64,000 nt of DNA. Source: Squalus acanthias (taxonomy: Eukaryota). Below are positions 24,570 through 37,419 of the stretch, one piece after another (positions within the stretch are counted from its first letter, which is position 1; each line of letters opens with the position of its first letter). Position numbers and translations under genes: made by a program. Under the pieces are notes generated by a model. That model was not told the DNA's origin and did not search any database. It worked only from the letters and a program-made list of their open reading frames with translations. The stretch is from positions 102,488,001 to 102,552,000 of the forward strand of contig CM059432.1 of the NCBI GenBank assembly GCA_030390025.1, read 5' to 3'.

Positions 24570-25012
24570 GGAACAGTAGTCCCTTCTCCTACAGTAGAGA
24601 GCCTCTGTGACCTCCCGGATGCAGCGATGGATGGCGAACTGCGAGATGTTCGCTATATCTCCTGTTGCAGACTGGAAGGAACCGCTGGTGAAGAAATTGA
24701 GGGTGACGGTGATCTTGACTGTGACTGAGAGAGCTGTGGTCACCCTGATCTGAGGATCGACGTCTGGTTGCTGGAGGTGGCAGAGTTCTGTGACCATCTC
24801 CTTGCTGAAGCGGAGCCTTCAAAGACACTTCTCCTCGCTTAATTGGAGGTAGGAGAATGCTCTCAGAATACCCTCGGTGGGTAAAGCCTCCTGTTGAGAT
24901 CCCTGATGGCCCTCCTCCTCCCTCTGGCCACATCTTGCAATCTTTCTCGATGCCTGCATTCCCTCCGCAGTAGGTCCTGAAGGGCGAGGTCGACTGTCAG
25001 TACAGCCCCCAT
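24570..25012 (-). pseudogene. Harbinger transposase copy 1, 5' part
   Basis: MGAVL start and motif VKITVTLNFFTSGSFQSATGDIANISQFAIHRCIREVTEAL. Joins 11955 across the TSD. Confidence 0.85.
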
Positions 25013-26791
25013 TAATGTAACAATGTGTAGCGCTTTGAAATTTTGTCAGAATAAATGTAGCAAATTTTTAGTAGCCACAACACTCCTGATACTAAAGAAC
25101 CTTTAAATGAATTAATTAAAGACTTGCACAATTGCAAACTGACAAGGAAGCAGTGAAACAGCACTAACCTGACAGTTGCGACTCATCCCTTTAAATGTCA
25201 CCCCTGGAGCCGCCACCCACCTGCTTCACACCTCCTCTCCCTGTCATTGTTGGGGTGAGGCGCTGAGGCAGGGGGCGATAATCAATTTGGCAGATCGGGC
25301 ACCCAGTGAGCGCTGTACGCTCACTGACGTCATGATCTGCCTGCCCTAAAGCCTCAGGTGCTTACTGTTAGCGGCGGTGCTAAGGGGCAATTGGAATTGG
25401 CGTGTGGTGCTGGATTCACCTCGCCCTGGTGCTACTTCATTAGAGCCCCGTTAGCACCCCCGCCAGGCACTAATGGGAGGGGCTAACCAACTGAATTTCT
25501 CCCACAAAGTTCCACAGGCAGGGCAAGCAATGTGTGAACCTTCATAGCTGATAATCTCTATGGACTATTTGGGCCCAAAAATGCGCAGGTTGATGCATGT
25601 CAGCATAAGTGCCAGGACGCATCTGCCTGCGATCCCCCTGAAGGTCATGTGGTCAGGGGGCAGAGTCTTGGAAAGCGGACCTTTGGCACTAGGTGGCACA
25701 GCTACGTCACCCCTCCTTCACCAGAAGAGGCTGCATAGTACATTGTGAATGGCCAGCTGGAGAGCCACCCGAGGAATTTTAGGCCCCTTTGTATTTATGT
25801 GAAATGTTGAGGTGCAGTTGCAGCAAATCTTGCATTCCTGGCACCAAAATAGAGGTCTGGTTTAAATGCTAACAACTTTAGTGGTGCTGCTCCAGTTTGG
25901 ATCACGAATCACAACAATATTCAATTAAGGAGTAATTTTTATATCCATAATATATGAAAAATATTATGTCAGCATGCACTTCCTGTTGATAAATTCTTAA
26001 TTCCTGTTGTTAACTTGTTCCATTATGTATTCCTCTGTTCATATATATATTTATAATGGATCTGCCTCGGTAATATCTATCAAATTGTAATTACACCTTC
26101 CTGCCAGTGGTGGTGCTCCAGCACCTCAATTTTGTGTCTCTCAGCTACTCAGCCTGTGCTGCAGGCCTGTATGTGGCAGAGTAATGCTCACTCTAAATCT
26201 TATTTTAGACTTTAAATGGCAACCAAGTTTATTAAACAGTAAATGAAGGACCGAAAAATAGCAGAAACATAACATTGCAGTCGTAATTAAACTTCACTAG
26301 CTCCTCGCATAACAGAAAATAAATAGTTTGCAACTCTAGTGTTTAATCGATGAAGAATTACTTTTTATGTAGTTGTCAGTACAGAAGTTGCTTGGCTTAA
26401 CTTATTCTCTTTTGAAATTCCAGTCAGATAACATTTCTTTGAAGACTCCAGATCAAAAAATCCTTGATTTGAAAAGTGAAGCTGAATAAACCTGTCTGTT
26501 AAATTCAAAAAGCTGCCAATCAGACACATATCTTTGATTCATAACAAAAAAATTAAATTAAAAAATGCTCTTTTTGAAGCATATTAGAAAAAACTTTACA
26601 CGTGATAAGACACAATAACAAAAATCCAGATTATGCAATATGTTTATATTTGAAGTGAGTGTCTTGACTCCTCATGAAAACTGCTCGATGACCAACCAAT
26701 CATTGCAACGTTGTATCAAGTTAATCTCTGACATTGTTTTTGTGTGTGATTTTTCTTTTAACTCCTTAAGTAGAATGGCAAGATTAAAGAA

Positions 26792-27138
26792 GCGGAGATG
26801 CCGGTGTTGGACTGGGGTGGACAAAATTGAGAGGTCGCACAACACCAGGTTATAGTGCCAACAGTTTTATTTGAAATCACAAGCTTTCGGAGCTTACTAC
26901 TCCTTCGTCGGGTGAAGTAAAAAGATACAGAATCGCCAAAGCATATATAGATAGAGAGCAATGCATGTGTACCTTACAATTGTCTGCAATTGTAAGGTAC
27001 ACATGCATTGTTCTCTATCTATATATGCTTTGGCGATTCTGTATCTTTTTACTTCACCCGACGAAGGAGTAGTAAGCTCCGAAAGCTTGTGATTTCAAAT
27101 AAAACTGTTGGACTATAACCTGGTGTTGTGCGACCTCT
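26792..27138. mobile_element. Penelope-like pseudo-LTR remnant forming a near-perfect palindrome
   Basis: Arms 26827-26982 and 26987-27141 with a 4-nt loop. Homologous to the Penelope end at 36786-36918. Flanked by duplicated CAAGATTAAAGAA. Confidence 0.85.
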
Positions 27139-27194
27139 CAAGATTAAAGAAACCAAGACGCAGCCAAAAATGCTTCATTTTTGTTTCACACATT

Positions 27195-28075
27195 AGGGGA
27201 AAAATTCAGTTGTTGCGCCTCCCGTTAGCGCGTTAAGAGGGCGCTAATGGGGCGCAAAGCAACTAGCGCCCGGGCGCGGCGATGTTTACGCCGCTCGCGA
27301 AATTAACTCGACATTTTGCGGCGGCGCTAAATACTACCGCCACGATCTCCTGCGCCGGCAGATCATGATGTCATTCGAGTGTGCAACGCCCCGGTAGTGC
27401 CCCGGAGTGGATATTGAGTGGTGCCCCCTGCCTTACTGCCTGCCGCTAGCAACGACAGGTAGAGGGGAGCGTTTAGCAGTCAGGAAGGGACTGGGGGAGC
27501 GCTATTTAAAGGTGACCGCTTCCTGCCTTTTTTTGTTGGTGACATTTTTGAACCACGCATTCTGAGAGAGAGAGAGGGACTTCTGGAGAGATTCAACGCT
27601 GTATGAAGGAGTTTTGGGTACTGAGCAGCACTTTGCAGGTTCATTTTGATTTGCCCTCCCTTGTATCGATTTAGAAGAGACTGTGGGGGTTGCACTCTGA
27701 GCTCTTTCCCTGGTTGTCTCTATTGTTCTTTCCTCAGATTTGATGTGCAGGTCTCTCCAGGCCGAGATTCAAGGCTGCAATGAGCAGGATGTGGATGGAA
27801 AGCAAGATCAACCCTCCCCTTTAAGAACTGGCCAGCGCCATTGTGTCTGTGTTCCATTGCTGACTGACATCACATGAGCTTCGCCAGCGCTTTGAGTTAG
27901 CGCCTCGCCTTTGCGCCTTAAGACAGATGTGTAGCGCCTGATTTAGCGCTCCAATCAGCTCCAGGGGCGATAAAAGTCAAGTTTGCAGTCGGAGGTGATA
28001 ATTAGCGCCAGGCGCTAATCTTTGCACCCGGCCGATAATTGCGCCCCAAATGGGGCGATACTGAATTTTTCCCCC
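27195..28075. mobile_element. Non-autonomous Harbinger derivative (MITE)
   Basis: TIRs GGGGAAAAATTCAG / CTGAATTTTTCCCC. Subterminal sequence resembles both ends of Harbinger copy 1. Confidence 0.75.
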
Positions 28076-28329
28076 ATGGGCCAGAAATTCGGGTCGGAGG
28101 CTTCCCGCGGGTGCAAGCCCCCAACCTGCACTTACCTAGCGCTCCTGCCATTGTGCTGTGGGCCCACGTGGGATTCTGATCCTGGGCCTCCTCCAGCTGC
28201 TGGTGTGCAGTGCTCGCATATCCCAGCGGTGCAACTAGTTTGAAGCATCCCCTGGGATGACGTGGGCCATGGAGAGCCAATCGGAGCAGCGAATCTCCAT
28301 TCATAGATTTGACAGGAAGACCTGTCAAA

Positions 28330-30810
28330 TGTATACATAGATACATAGATACATAGAAGATAGGAGCAGGAGTAGGCCATCCGGCCCTTCGAGCCTGCTC
28401 CGCCATTTAATGAGATCATGGCTGATCCTCCAATTCAGTATCCCGTCCCCGCCTTCTCTCCGTAACCCTTAACCCCTTTTGCCTGTAGAAATATATCTAA
28501 TTCCCTCTTAAATATATTTAATGAGCTGGCGTACACTGCCCTCTGTGGCAATGAGTTCCACAGGTTCACCACCCTCTGAGTGAAGAAATTCCCCCTCATT
28601 TCTGTCCTAAATGGTTTAGCCCTTATCCTTAAATTATGTCCTCTAGTTCTGTTCTCACCCGCCAAGGGAAACATTCCTTCTGCATCTAGTCTGTCTAGAC
28701 CTGTCAGAATTTTATACACTTCTATGAGGTCCCCTCTCAATCTTCTAAACTCCAGTGTGTACATCCCTAAACTACATCATCTCTCCTCATAGGTCAATCC
28801 CGCCATTCCTGGTATCAGCCTGGTGAATCGCCGCTGCACCCCCTCCATGGCAAGAACATCTTTCCTCAGATGAGGCGACCAAAACTGTACACAGTACTCG
28901 AGGTGTGAAACATAGAAAAACATAGAATCTAGGAGCAGGAGTAGGCCATTCGGCCCGTCGAGCCTGCTCCGCCATTCAATACGATCATGGCTGATCATCC
29001 AAATCCAGTACCCTGTCCCTGCTTTAATCCCCACAGTACACATATCCCACCCTACCCCCGTAACCCCACGTATTTAATTCCCCCTAACATATCCCATCCT
29101 ATCCCCATAACCCCACATATTTAATCCCCCCTAACACTAAGGGTCAATTTATCATAGCCAAATCAACCTAACCCACACATTTTTGGACTGTGGGAGGAAA
29201 CCGGAGCACCCGGAGGAAACCCACGCAGACACGGGGAGAATGTGCAAACTCCACACAGACAGTCACCCGAGGTCAGATTCGAACCCGGGTCTCTGGCGCT
29301 GTGAGGCACCAGTGCTAACCACTATGCCACCGTGTGGTCTCACCAGTGCCCTGTACAGCTGCAGCAAGGTATCCCTGTTCCTGTATTCCAACCCTTTTGC
29401 TATGAAGGCCAGCATACCGTTTGCCTTCTTGATCGCCTGTTGCACCTGCATGCTCGCCTTCAGTGACTGGTGTACAAGAACACCCAGGTCTCTCTGTACT
29501 TTCCCCTCTCCCAATTTATTGCCATTTAAATAATAATTTGCCCTCCCGTTCCTGCACCCAAGGTGGATAACTTCGCACTTGTCCACATTATAGTGCATCT
29601 GCCATTTATCCGCCCAATCACCCAGTCTGTCCAAATCGCTCTGGAGCTTCCTGGTCTCCTCCTCTGAGCCCACCCCCCCTCCTAGTTTAGTGTCGTCTGC
29701 AAATTTGGAAATGCTGCATCCGACTCCCTGATCCAGGTCATTAATGTAAATTGTGAACAGCTGGGGACCCAGGACAGATCCCTGTGGTACCCCACTTGTT
29801 ACTGCCTGCCATTCAGAAAATGAGCCGTTTATTCCAACTCTCTGTTTTCTATCTGACAGCCAGTTCTCTATCCACGTCAATACTTTCCCCTTTATCCCAT
29901 GAGCTTCAATTTTCCCTGCTAATCTTTTATGTGGGACCTTATCGAAGGCCTTTTGGAAGTCCAGGTACACCACATCTACTGGCTCTCCCCCATCTATTTT
30001 ACCAGTTACTCCCTCAAAAAATTCCAATAGATTAGTCAAGCACCATTTACCCTTTGTAAATCCATGTTGACTCTGTCCTATCCTGTCCCCATTTGCTAAG
30101 TGCTCCGCTATTTCATCCTTAATGATGGACTCCAGCATTTTGCCCACAACTGATGTAAGGCTTACAGGTCTGTAATTACCTGCTTTTTCCCTACCCCCCT
30201 TTTTGAATAGTGGGGTAACGTTAGCTACCCTCCAATCCATGGGCACTGTTCCCGAGTCTAATGAATTCTGAAAAATCATACTTAGTGCATCCGCTATCTC
30301 TAGGGCCACCTCCTTCAGCACCCTAGGATGCATGTTATCAGGCCCTGGGGATTTGTCCGCCTTCAATCCCTTTAGCTTCCTTAACACCATATCCTTAGAG
30401 ATATTGACTTGCGTCAGTTCCTCCTTTGCAAATGTCCCTATTTTTCCCGATATCCCAGGGAGGTTTTTTGTGTCTTCCTTCGTAAAGACTGACCCAAAGT
30501 ATACATTTAGTTGGTCTGCCATTTCTTTATTTCCCGTTATATATTCCCCCGTATCTGACTGCAATGGGCCAACTTTGGTTTTCACCAGTCTTTTCCTCTT
30601 GATATACTTATAAAAGCTTTTGGAGTTAGTTTTTATATTTTCCGCCAGCTTGCTTTCGTAAGCTATTTTGCCCCTCTTGATTAAGCCCTTTGTCCTCCTT
30701 TGCTCTATCTTAAACTGTTCCCAATCTTCCGCCCTGGCGCTTTTTTTGGCTATTTTATACGCCCTATCTTTGGATTTTATGCTGTCTCTAATTTCCCCTG
30801 TTATCCACGG
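28330..30810 (-). mobile_element. 5'-truncated CR1 LINE
   Basis: 440-aa RT ORF at 29263-30585 with CR1 motifs, ORF2 C-terminus at 28435-28764, and a (TATGTATC)n tail near 28330-28358. Confidence 0.95.
28908..29331 (-). mobile_element. tRNA-derived SINE (HE1/V-SINE-like) with CR1-derived tail
   Basis: A box GGCATAGTGG, B box GGTTCGAATC, V-domain-like core TGTGTGGAGTTTGCACATTCTCCCCGTGTCTGCGTGGGTTTCCTCCGG, CR1 3' tail and TSD GTGTG. Confidence 0.85.
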
Positions 30811-33671
30811 TATGAATAGAGATCAGCCCCAAAACCTAACTAAAACTTCAAATATTTTTTTTTTTAAATCACATTTTTAAAATAACTATAAATTACATAA
30901 ATTAACTATTATAAACAAAAATTTAAATTTTTGAAAAAATTAATTACTGATTTTAACAGGGCTAAAAATAAACTTACTTTTCTTTGAAGTATTTAAAAAA
31001 GATAAACCTGTGGAAAAAATGTTTAAATATTACTTAATTCACCACTTACCTTGTTAAAAGCAGGCCTTGCGCCTGCTTTTTCCCTGCGCAGCTGCTGGGG
31101 ACTTACCCTCACAGAGAAACCTGAAAAAAAAGCGGAAGTTCGATGCGTACGCGCTGCCTCTCCGGCGCACGTGTTTGACCTCCGAACCCCTTCCTTCAAG
31201 GGAACGGAAGTTCCGGTTTCCAGCGCATGCGCAGTGCATGCGCGAAACCGGCACTTTTGTTGGGTCTACGGGTGAGTACACAGCGCGTACTCACCCGTGG
31301 AGACCCGAATTTCCGGCCCAATGTCTGTTGTGAAGAGGCATTCAGAGTTTTTTTGATGGAAGGAGCTAGGCAATATGGCCTGAAAATTGGATATGGCCCG
31401 AAAATGGGTGGTGCCACAGCCAACGCTATTTGCCTGCGCCCGTTCAAAGTGGTCAGGCAGCATGCAAAATTCGTGCTGCCTGCTTATTATAATGATTGGA
31501 GCGCTCATCTCAGTGCTAAATGCGCTGCTGATTGGCTTAGTGCTCAATGGGGTGGGGGGGGGGGGGGAAACCAATATCAGGTGCAGTCTTATGGCCAGTA
31601 ATGTTTGGCCTAAAGGAACGGTAGCATAGTGGTAATGTCACTGGGTTAGTAATTCAGAGGGAGGGCTGGACTAATGATCCAGAGATATGAGTTCGAATCC
31701 AACCACGACAGCTGGGGAATTTAAATTCAGTTAATTAAATAAATCTTGAATACAAAGCTAGTATCAAATAGTCGTAAAAACCTATCTGGTTCACTAATGT
31801 CATTTAGGGAAGGAAATTTGCCAGACCCATAGCAATGTGGTTGGCTCTTAACTGTCCTCTGAAATGGCCTAGCAAGCCACTCAGTTGTAACAAACTGCTA
31901 TGAAACACAATAATAAGAATGAAACAGGACGGAACATCCGGCATCGACCTCGGCACTGGCGACGGACACAGCAACGGCACACCCAGCCCAGATGACCCTG
32001 CAAAGTCCTCCTCACCAACATCTGGGGACTTGTGCCAAATTTGGGAGAGCTGTCCAATAGACTAGTCAAGCAACAGCCTGACATGGTTATACTCACAGAA
32101 TCATACCTTTCAGCCAATGTCCCAAACTCCTCCATCCCCACTGGCAGGACAGACCCACCAGGGGTGGTGGCACAGTCGGATAGGAGTGGCCCGGGGAGTC
32201 CTCAACATTAACTCCGGAACCCATGAAGTCTCATGGCTTTAGGCCAAGCATGGGCAAGGAAACCTCCTGCTGATTACCACCTACCACCCTCCCTCAGCTG
32301 ATGAATCAGTCCTCCTCCATGTTGAACACCACTTAGAAGAAGCACTGAGAGTAGCAAGGGCACAGAATGTACTCTGGGTGGGGGACTTCAGTGTCCATCA
32401 CCAAGAGTGGCTTGGTAGCACCACTACTGGCCAAGTCCTGAAGGACATAGCTGCCAGTCTGGGCCTGCGACAGAGAACCAACACGAGGGGAAAAACCTAC
32501 TTGACCTCGTCCTCACCAATCTACCTGACGCCGATGCATCTGTCCATGACAGTATTGGTAGCAGTGACCACCGCACAGTCATTGTGGAGACGAAGTCCCT
32601 TCTTCACATTGAGGACACCCTCCATCGTGTTGTGTGGCACTACCACAGTGCTAAATGGGATAGATTCAGAAAAGATCTAGCAGTTCAAAACTGGGCCATC
32701 AGCAGCAGCAGAATTGTATTCCACCACAATCTGTAACCTCATGGCCTGGTATATCCCTCACTCTACCAATACCATCAAGCCAGGGGACCAAGTCTCGTTC
32801 AATAAAGAGTGTAGAAGAGCATGCCAGGAGCAGCCCAGGCATACCTAAAAATGAGGTGCCAACCTGGGGAGCCTACAACACAGGACTACATGCATGCTAA
32901 AAAGCAGAAGCAGCATGCTATAGACAGGGCTAAGCGATCCCACAATCAACGGATCAGATCAAAACTCTGCAGTCCTGCCACATCCAGTCGTGAATGGTGG
33001 TGGACCATTAAACAACTGATGGGAGGAAGAGGCTCCATGAATATCCCCATCCTCAATGATTGGGGAGCCCAGCATGTGAGTGCAAAAGACAAGGCTGAAG
33101 CATTCGCAAGCATCTTCAGCCAGAAGTGCCGAGTGGATGATCCATATCGGCCTACTCCTGAGGTCCCCACCATCACAGAAGCCAGTCTTCAGCCAATTTG
33201 ATTCACTTCACGTGATATCAAGAAGCTGCTGAGCGCATTGGATACAGCAAAGGCTGTGGGCCCCGACAACATCCCGGCTATCGTGCAGAAGACTTGTGCT
33301 CCAGAACCAGCCACGCCTCTAGCCAAGCTGTTCCAGTACAGCAACAACACTGGCATCTATCCGACAATGTGGAAAACTGCCCAGGTATGTCCTGTCCATA
33401 AAAAGCAGGACAAATCCAATCTGGCCAATTACCTGCCCCATCAGTCTACTCTCAATCATCAGCAAAGTGATCGAAGGTGTCATCAACAGTGCTATCAAGC
33501 GGCACTTACTCACCAATAACCTGCTCACTGATACCCAGTTTGGGTTCTGTCAAGACCACTCAGCTCCCGACCTCATTACAGCCTTGGTCCAAACGTGGAC
33601 AAAGAAGCTGAATTCCAGAGGTGAGGAGAGAGTGACTGCCCTTGACATCAAGGCAGCATTTGAGCAAGTGC

Positions 33672-35163
33672 TGTAATGGAATAGCCATATTTCAGAAAGA
33701 TACACCATCCTATGAACAGATTTCTGATATTATTAATACATGACATACTGGGTTTAAAAATCTAAAAGCCTCAACGACACAAGCTGCAAACAGAATACAG
33801 GCTTCTGAGATAAGATGAGGTGTTAACACAAAAGCTGTAAACAGCAAACAAGCTTTGAAATGGGAATTGGTTTGTAAATACAAACACAATGGCCTCATTG
33901 AAGAAGGAAAGAGTTGGTCCCAAGAAGTCTAGAGTTTGGAACCAACACAATAGCAATGCCCAAGTGAAGTGTAAAAATCTAACACGTCGAACAGGTGCAC
34001 AGAACATTAAAAAAACAAGTGCCTTTGAAAAAATTACATCAAGTAAAAGAAATACCTGCCGTAAAATAGTTTAATGTTAAACTTAGAACAAGGAGACATG
34101 GTTCTTAATACAACCAATTGAAGTAAATAAGAAATGCAAAGAACACCCTAGATGAAGTGTTTTTGATTTACAAATTGTAAAACGTACAAACAGAACACTT
34201 TGAAGATATAATATCAATAGATGACACCAAGCAATCACATTATGTTTGTATTGAAAATGGACCAGTTGGGAGACGCGAGGTCTGGAATGCAAGCAGCTAA
34301 AGGGAGTTAAGAATTCAACAGAAAGACTTCCTAAGAATGGCATCAAATAGATTAATCGATAATAACCATAAAAATGATAAGTTTTTGAAACACCTATACA
34401 GCAGACAGGATTCTAAAAGTTGGCAGCTGAAATGACAGTAAGAATAGAAAAGAAGTCAATAGAGAATCACTAGAGATAATTAGCTTACATCAGCAGAAAA
34501 CTTCAAAGGATAAACCACTAAAAAAGGTATAAAAATAGAGCTTTTCAGATAGAGAGTCAGAAGTCACTGGGAAGGGGCAGAGCGATTCTCGCCTTCAGAA
34601 CCACTCTGTAGGCTACAACTCTTAGTCTCGGGTAATCAAGGTATTTGATTTTGGTGGATATTCTGGATTAAGAAATAAGTAGAAGTGTGGAAATGTAACG
34701 AAGTTAAGATTTGAGAATAAGGATCTCTGATAAGAAATGTAAGCTATTTGTATTTTGAATGGTTAAAGTTGCGATTGCCATACCAGCTGTTAACTAAATG
34801 TCGGTTCTTTAATAAATCTATATAGTTTTAAAATTGTCTCACAGAGTAATTTCTGTAGCAATCTCGCGAACTCAATTTCTGTACACTCCTTTGAGATGGG
34901 TGGCAGAATTCTGGGGGGTTTTCCAGACCCTCATAATGTCTAGAAGGTTACAGTCTAGTTAAACTTGTTAAAAGTGCTATCCGGAGGATGGTAACATCTT
35001 CAGGCTGTTCCTTTCTTTAGGGAGAGATAGTCTGAACCTTTAGACCCAATTAAGTATCTTATAGGATTCGTCTACCGCTAACTTTAGTTGAAGGTGAACG
35101 TCTGGGCAATACGCCTGATCTGGGGTAGCCCGAAAAGGGCTAGGACTTGTAATTATCCCTTCA
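33672..35163 (+). mobile_element. Solo LTR of the foamy-like virus (about 1.49 kb)
   Basis: TGTAATGG...CCCTTCA, TSD GTGC/GTGT, TATAAAA at 34528 and AATAAA at 34811. Homologous to the LTRs of 44295-52703. Confidence 0.9.
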
Positions 35164-35674
35164 GTGTAGCATCAAGGAGCCCTAGTAAAACTGAAGTCAA
35201 TGGGAAGCGGGGGGAAAACACTCCACTGGATGGATTCATACCTAGCACAAAGGAAGATGGTTGCGCCGGTTGAAGGTCAATCATCACAGCCCCAGGACAT
35301 CACTGCAGGAGTTCCTCAGGGCAATGTCCTAGGCCCAACCATCTTCAGCTGCTTCATCAATGACCTTCCCTCCAACATCAGGTTAGAAATGGGGATGTTT
35401 ACTGATGACTGCACAGTGTTCAGCGCCATTCACAACTCCTCAGATAATGAAGCAGCCCATGCCCGCATGCAACAAGACCTGGACGACGTTCAGGCTGGGG
35501 CTGATAAGTGGCAGGTAACATTCGCGCCACAGAAGTGCCAGGCAATGACTATCTCCAACAATGAGAAGTCGCACAACACCAGGTTATAGTCCAACAGATT
35601 TATTTAATTTTACAAGCTTTCGGAGCTGTTCGCTCCTTCCTCAGGTAGGTTAGCAAGCCACGGACAACCTCACG

Positions 35675-36556
35675 ATGCTCCACTTCTCCAGCTTCCACCC
35701 TAACCACGTTAAAGAAGCCATCCCCTATGGACAAGCCCTGCGAATACACAGGATCTGCTCAGACGAGGAGGAACGCGATGGACACCTACGGACACTGAAA
35801 GACGCCCTCGTAAGAATGGGATATGACGCTCGACTCGTCGATCGACAGTTCCGACGGGCCACAGTGAAAAACCGCATAGACCTCCTCAGAAGACGAACAC
35901 GGGACACAACCAACAGAGTACCCTACGTCGTCCAGTACTTCCCCAGGGCGGAAAAACTACGCCATGTTCTTCGCAGCCTTCAACATGTCATCGATGACGA
36001 CGAACACCTTGCTAAGGCCATCCCCACGCCTCCACTACTCGCCTTCAAGCAGCCGCATAACCTCAAAAGTACCATCGTTCGCAGCAGATTACCCATCTTT
36101 CAGGAGAACAGCAACCACGACACCACACAACCCTGCCACGGCAACCTCTGCAAGACATGCCAAATCATGGACACAGATACCATCATCACACGTGAGGACA
36201 CTACCCACCAGGTACACGGTACATACTCATGTGACTCGGCCAACGTTGTCTACCTGATACGTTGCAGTAAAGGATGCTCCAGAGCATGGTACATCGGCGA
36301 GACCATGCAGACACTGAGACAACGTATGAACGGACACCGCGCAACAATCGCCAGGCAGGAGGGTTGCCTCCCAGTCGGGGAACACTTCAGCAGCCAGGGG
36401 CATTCAGCCTCGGATCTGCGGGTAAGCGTTCTCCAAGGCGGCCTTCGGGATACACGACAGCGCAAAATCATAGAGCAGAAACTGATAGCCAAGTTCCGCA
36501 CTCATGAGGATGGCCTCAATCGCGATATCGGGTTCATGTCACGATACAGAACGTGA
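35675..36556 (+). CDS. Penelope RT thumb plus GIY-YIG endonuclease (partial ORF)
   Basis: Motifs SSFHPNHVKEAIPYGQALRIHRICS, CKTC, NVVYLIRC, WYIGET, RMNGH, VGEHF, EQKLI, GLN. Confidence 0.93.
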   Translation: MLHFSSFHPNHVKEAIPYGQALRIHRICSDEEERDGHLRTLKDALVRMGYDARLVDRQFRRATVKNRIDLLRRRTRDTTNRVPYVVQYFPRAEKLRHVLRSLQHVIDDDEHLAKAIPTPPLLAFKQPHNLKSTIVRSRLPIFQENSNHDTTQPCHGNLCKTCQIMDTDTIITREDTTHQVHGTYSCDSANVVYLIRCSKGCSRAWYIGETMQTLRQRMNGHRATIARQEGCLPVGEHFSSQGHSASDLRVSVLQGGLRDTRQRKIIEQKLIAKFRTHEDGLNRDIGFMSRYRT

Positions 36557-36795
36557 CTTGACATCATGGCCGGTCTTCCCAGGTGTTTTTTTTTTTTTAA
36601 AAAGACTAACACAAGAACCAACACAAATTGACAGGATATGCAGCCAGCAGGTGGTTTGACACGTTGGACCCCCTGGGACACATCTCATTGTCTTGGCTGT
36701 GCTCTTAGTGTGTCTTTGATGTAGGGAAAGATTTGAATAGATTTTGTCTGTGTTTAAATTGTGAATTCTGGGAGATTCTCTCACTGCTAACCTAC

Positions 36796-36828
36796 CTGAG
36801 GAAGGAGCGAACAGCTCCGAAAGCTTGT
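36796..36828 (+). ncRNA. Minimal hammerhead-ribozyme-like motif in the Penelope pLTR
   Basis: CTGAGGA-A-GGAGC(GAACA)GCTCC-GAAA-GCTT: core boxes, stem II and a palindromic stem III. The cleavage triplet looks non-canonical (UUG). Confidence 0.55.
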
Positions 36829-37419
36829 AAAATTAAATAAATCTGTTGGACTATAACCTGTTGTTGTGCGACTTCTCATTTTTGTCCACCCCAGTCCAAC
36901 GCCGGCATCTCCACATCATATCTCCAACAAGCGAGAGTCTAACCACCGCCCCTTGACATTCAATGGCATTACCATCGCCGAATCCCCCACCATCAACATC
37001 CTGGGGGTCACCATTGACCAGAAACTTAACTGGACCAACCACATAAATACTGTGGCAATAAGAGCAGGTCAGAGGCTAGGTATTCTGCGGCGAGTTTCTC
37101 ACCTCCTGACTCCACAAATCCTTTCCACCATCTATAAGGCACAAGTCAGGAGTATGATGAAATACTTTCCACTTGCCTGGATGAGTGCAGCTCCAACAAC
37201 ACTCAAGAAGCTCGACAACTTCCAGGACAAAGCAGCCCGCTTGATTGCAATCCATCCACCACCTTAAACATTCACTCCCTCCACCACCGGCGTACCTTGG
37301 CTGCAGTGTGTACCATCTACAAGATGCACTGCAGCAACTCGCCAAGGCTTCTTCGGCAGCACCTCCCAAACCCGCGACCTCCTCCACCTAGAAGGACAAG
37401 GGCTGCAGGCGCATGGGAA

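Larger units (their letters stand above)
6154..25505. mobile_element. PIF/Harbinger DNA transposon copy 1, containing a nested CR1 and a provirus
   Basis: TIRs GGGGGAGAAATT (6154) and AATTTCTCCCAC (25505), 3-bp TSD AAA, and a convergent Myb/SANT gene and DDE transposase. Confidence 0.8.
28078..31319. mobile_element. Harbinger-type MITE split by a CR1 insertion
   Basis: 18-bp TIR GGGCC(A/G)GAAATTCGGGTC. Internal sequence is shared, in inverted orientation, with 49306-50050. Confidence 0.75.
35562..36918 (+). mobile_element. 5'-truncated Penelope-like element with inverted 5' pLTR fragment
   Basis: 35562-35655 is an inverted copy of 36786-36880. TATCTCCAACAA is duplicated at 35550 and 36919. 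Confidence 0.92.

Noticed and set aside
29180..29331. tRNA gene
   Set aside because: The A and B boxes belong to a SINE head followed by SINE core sequence, with no complete cloverleaf.
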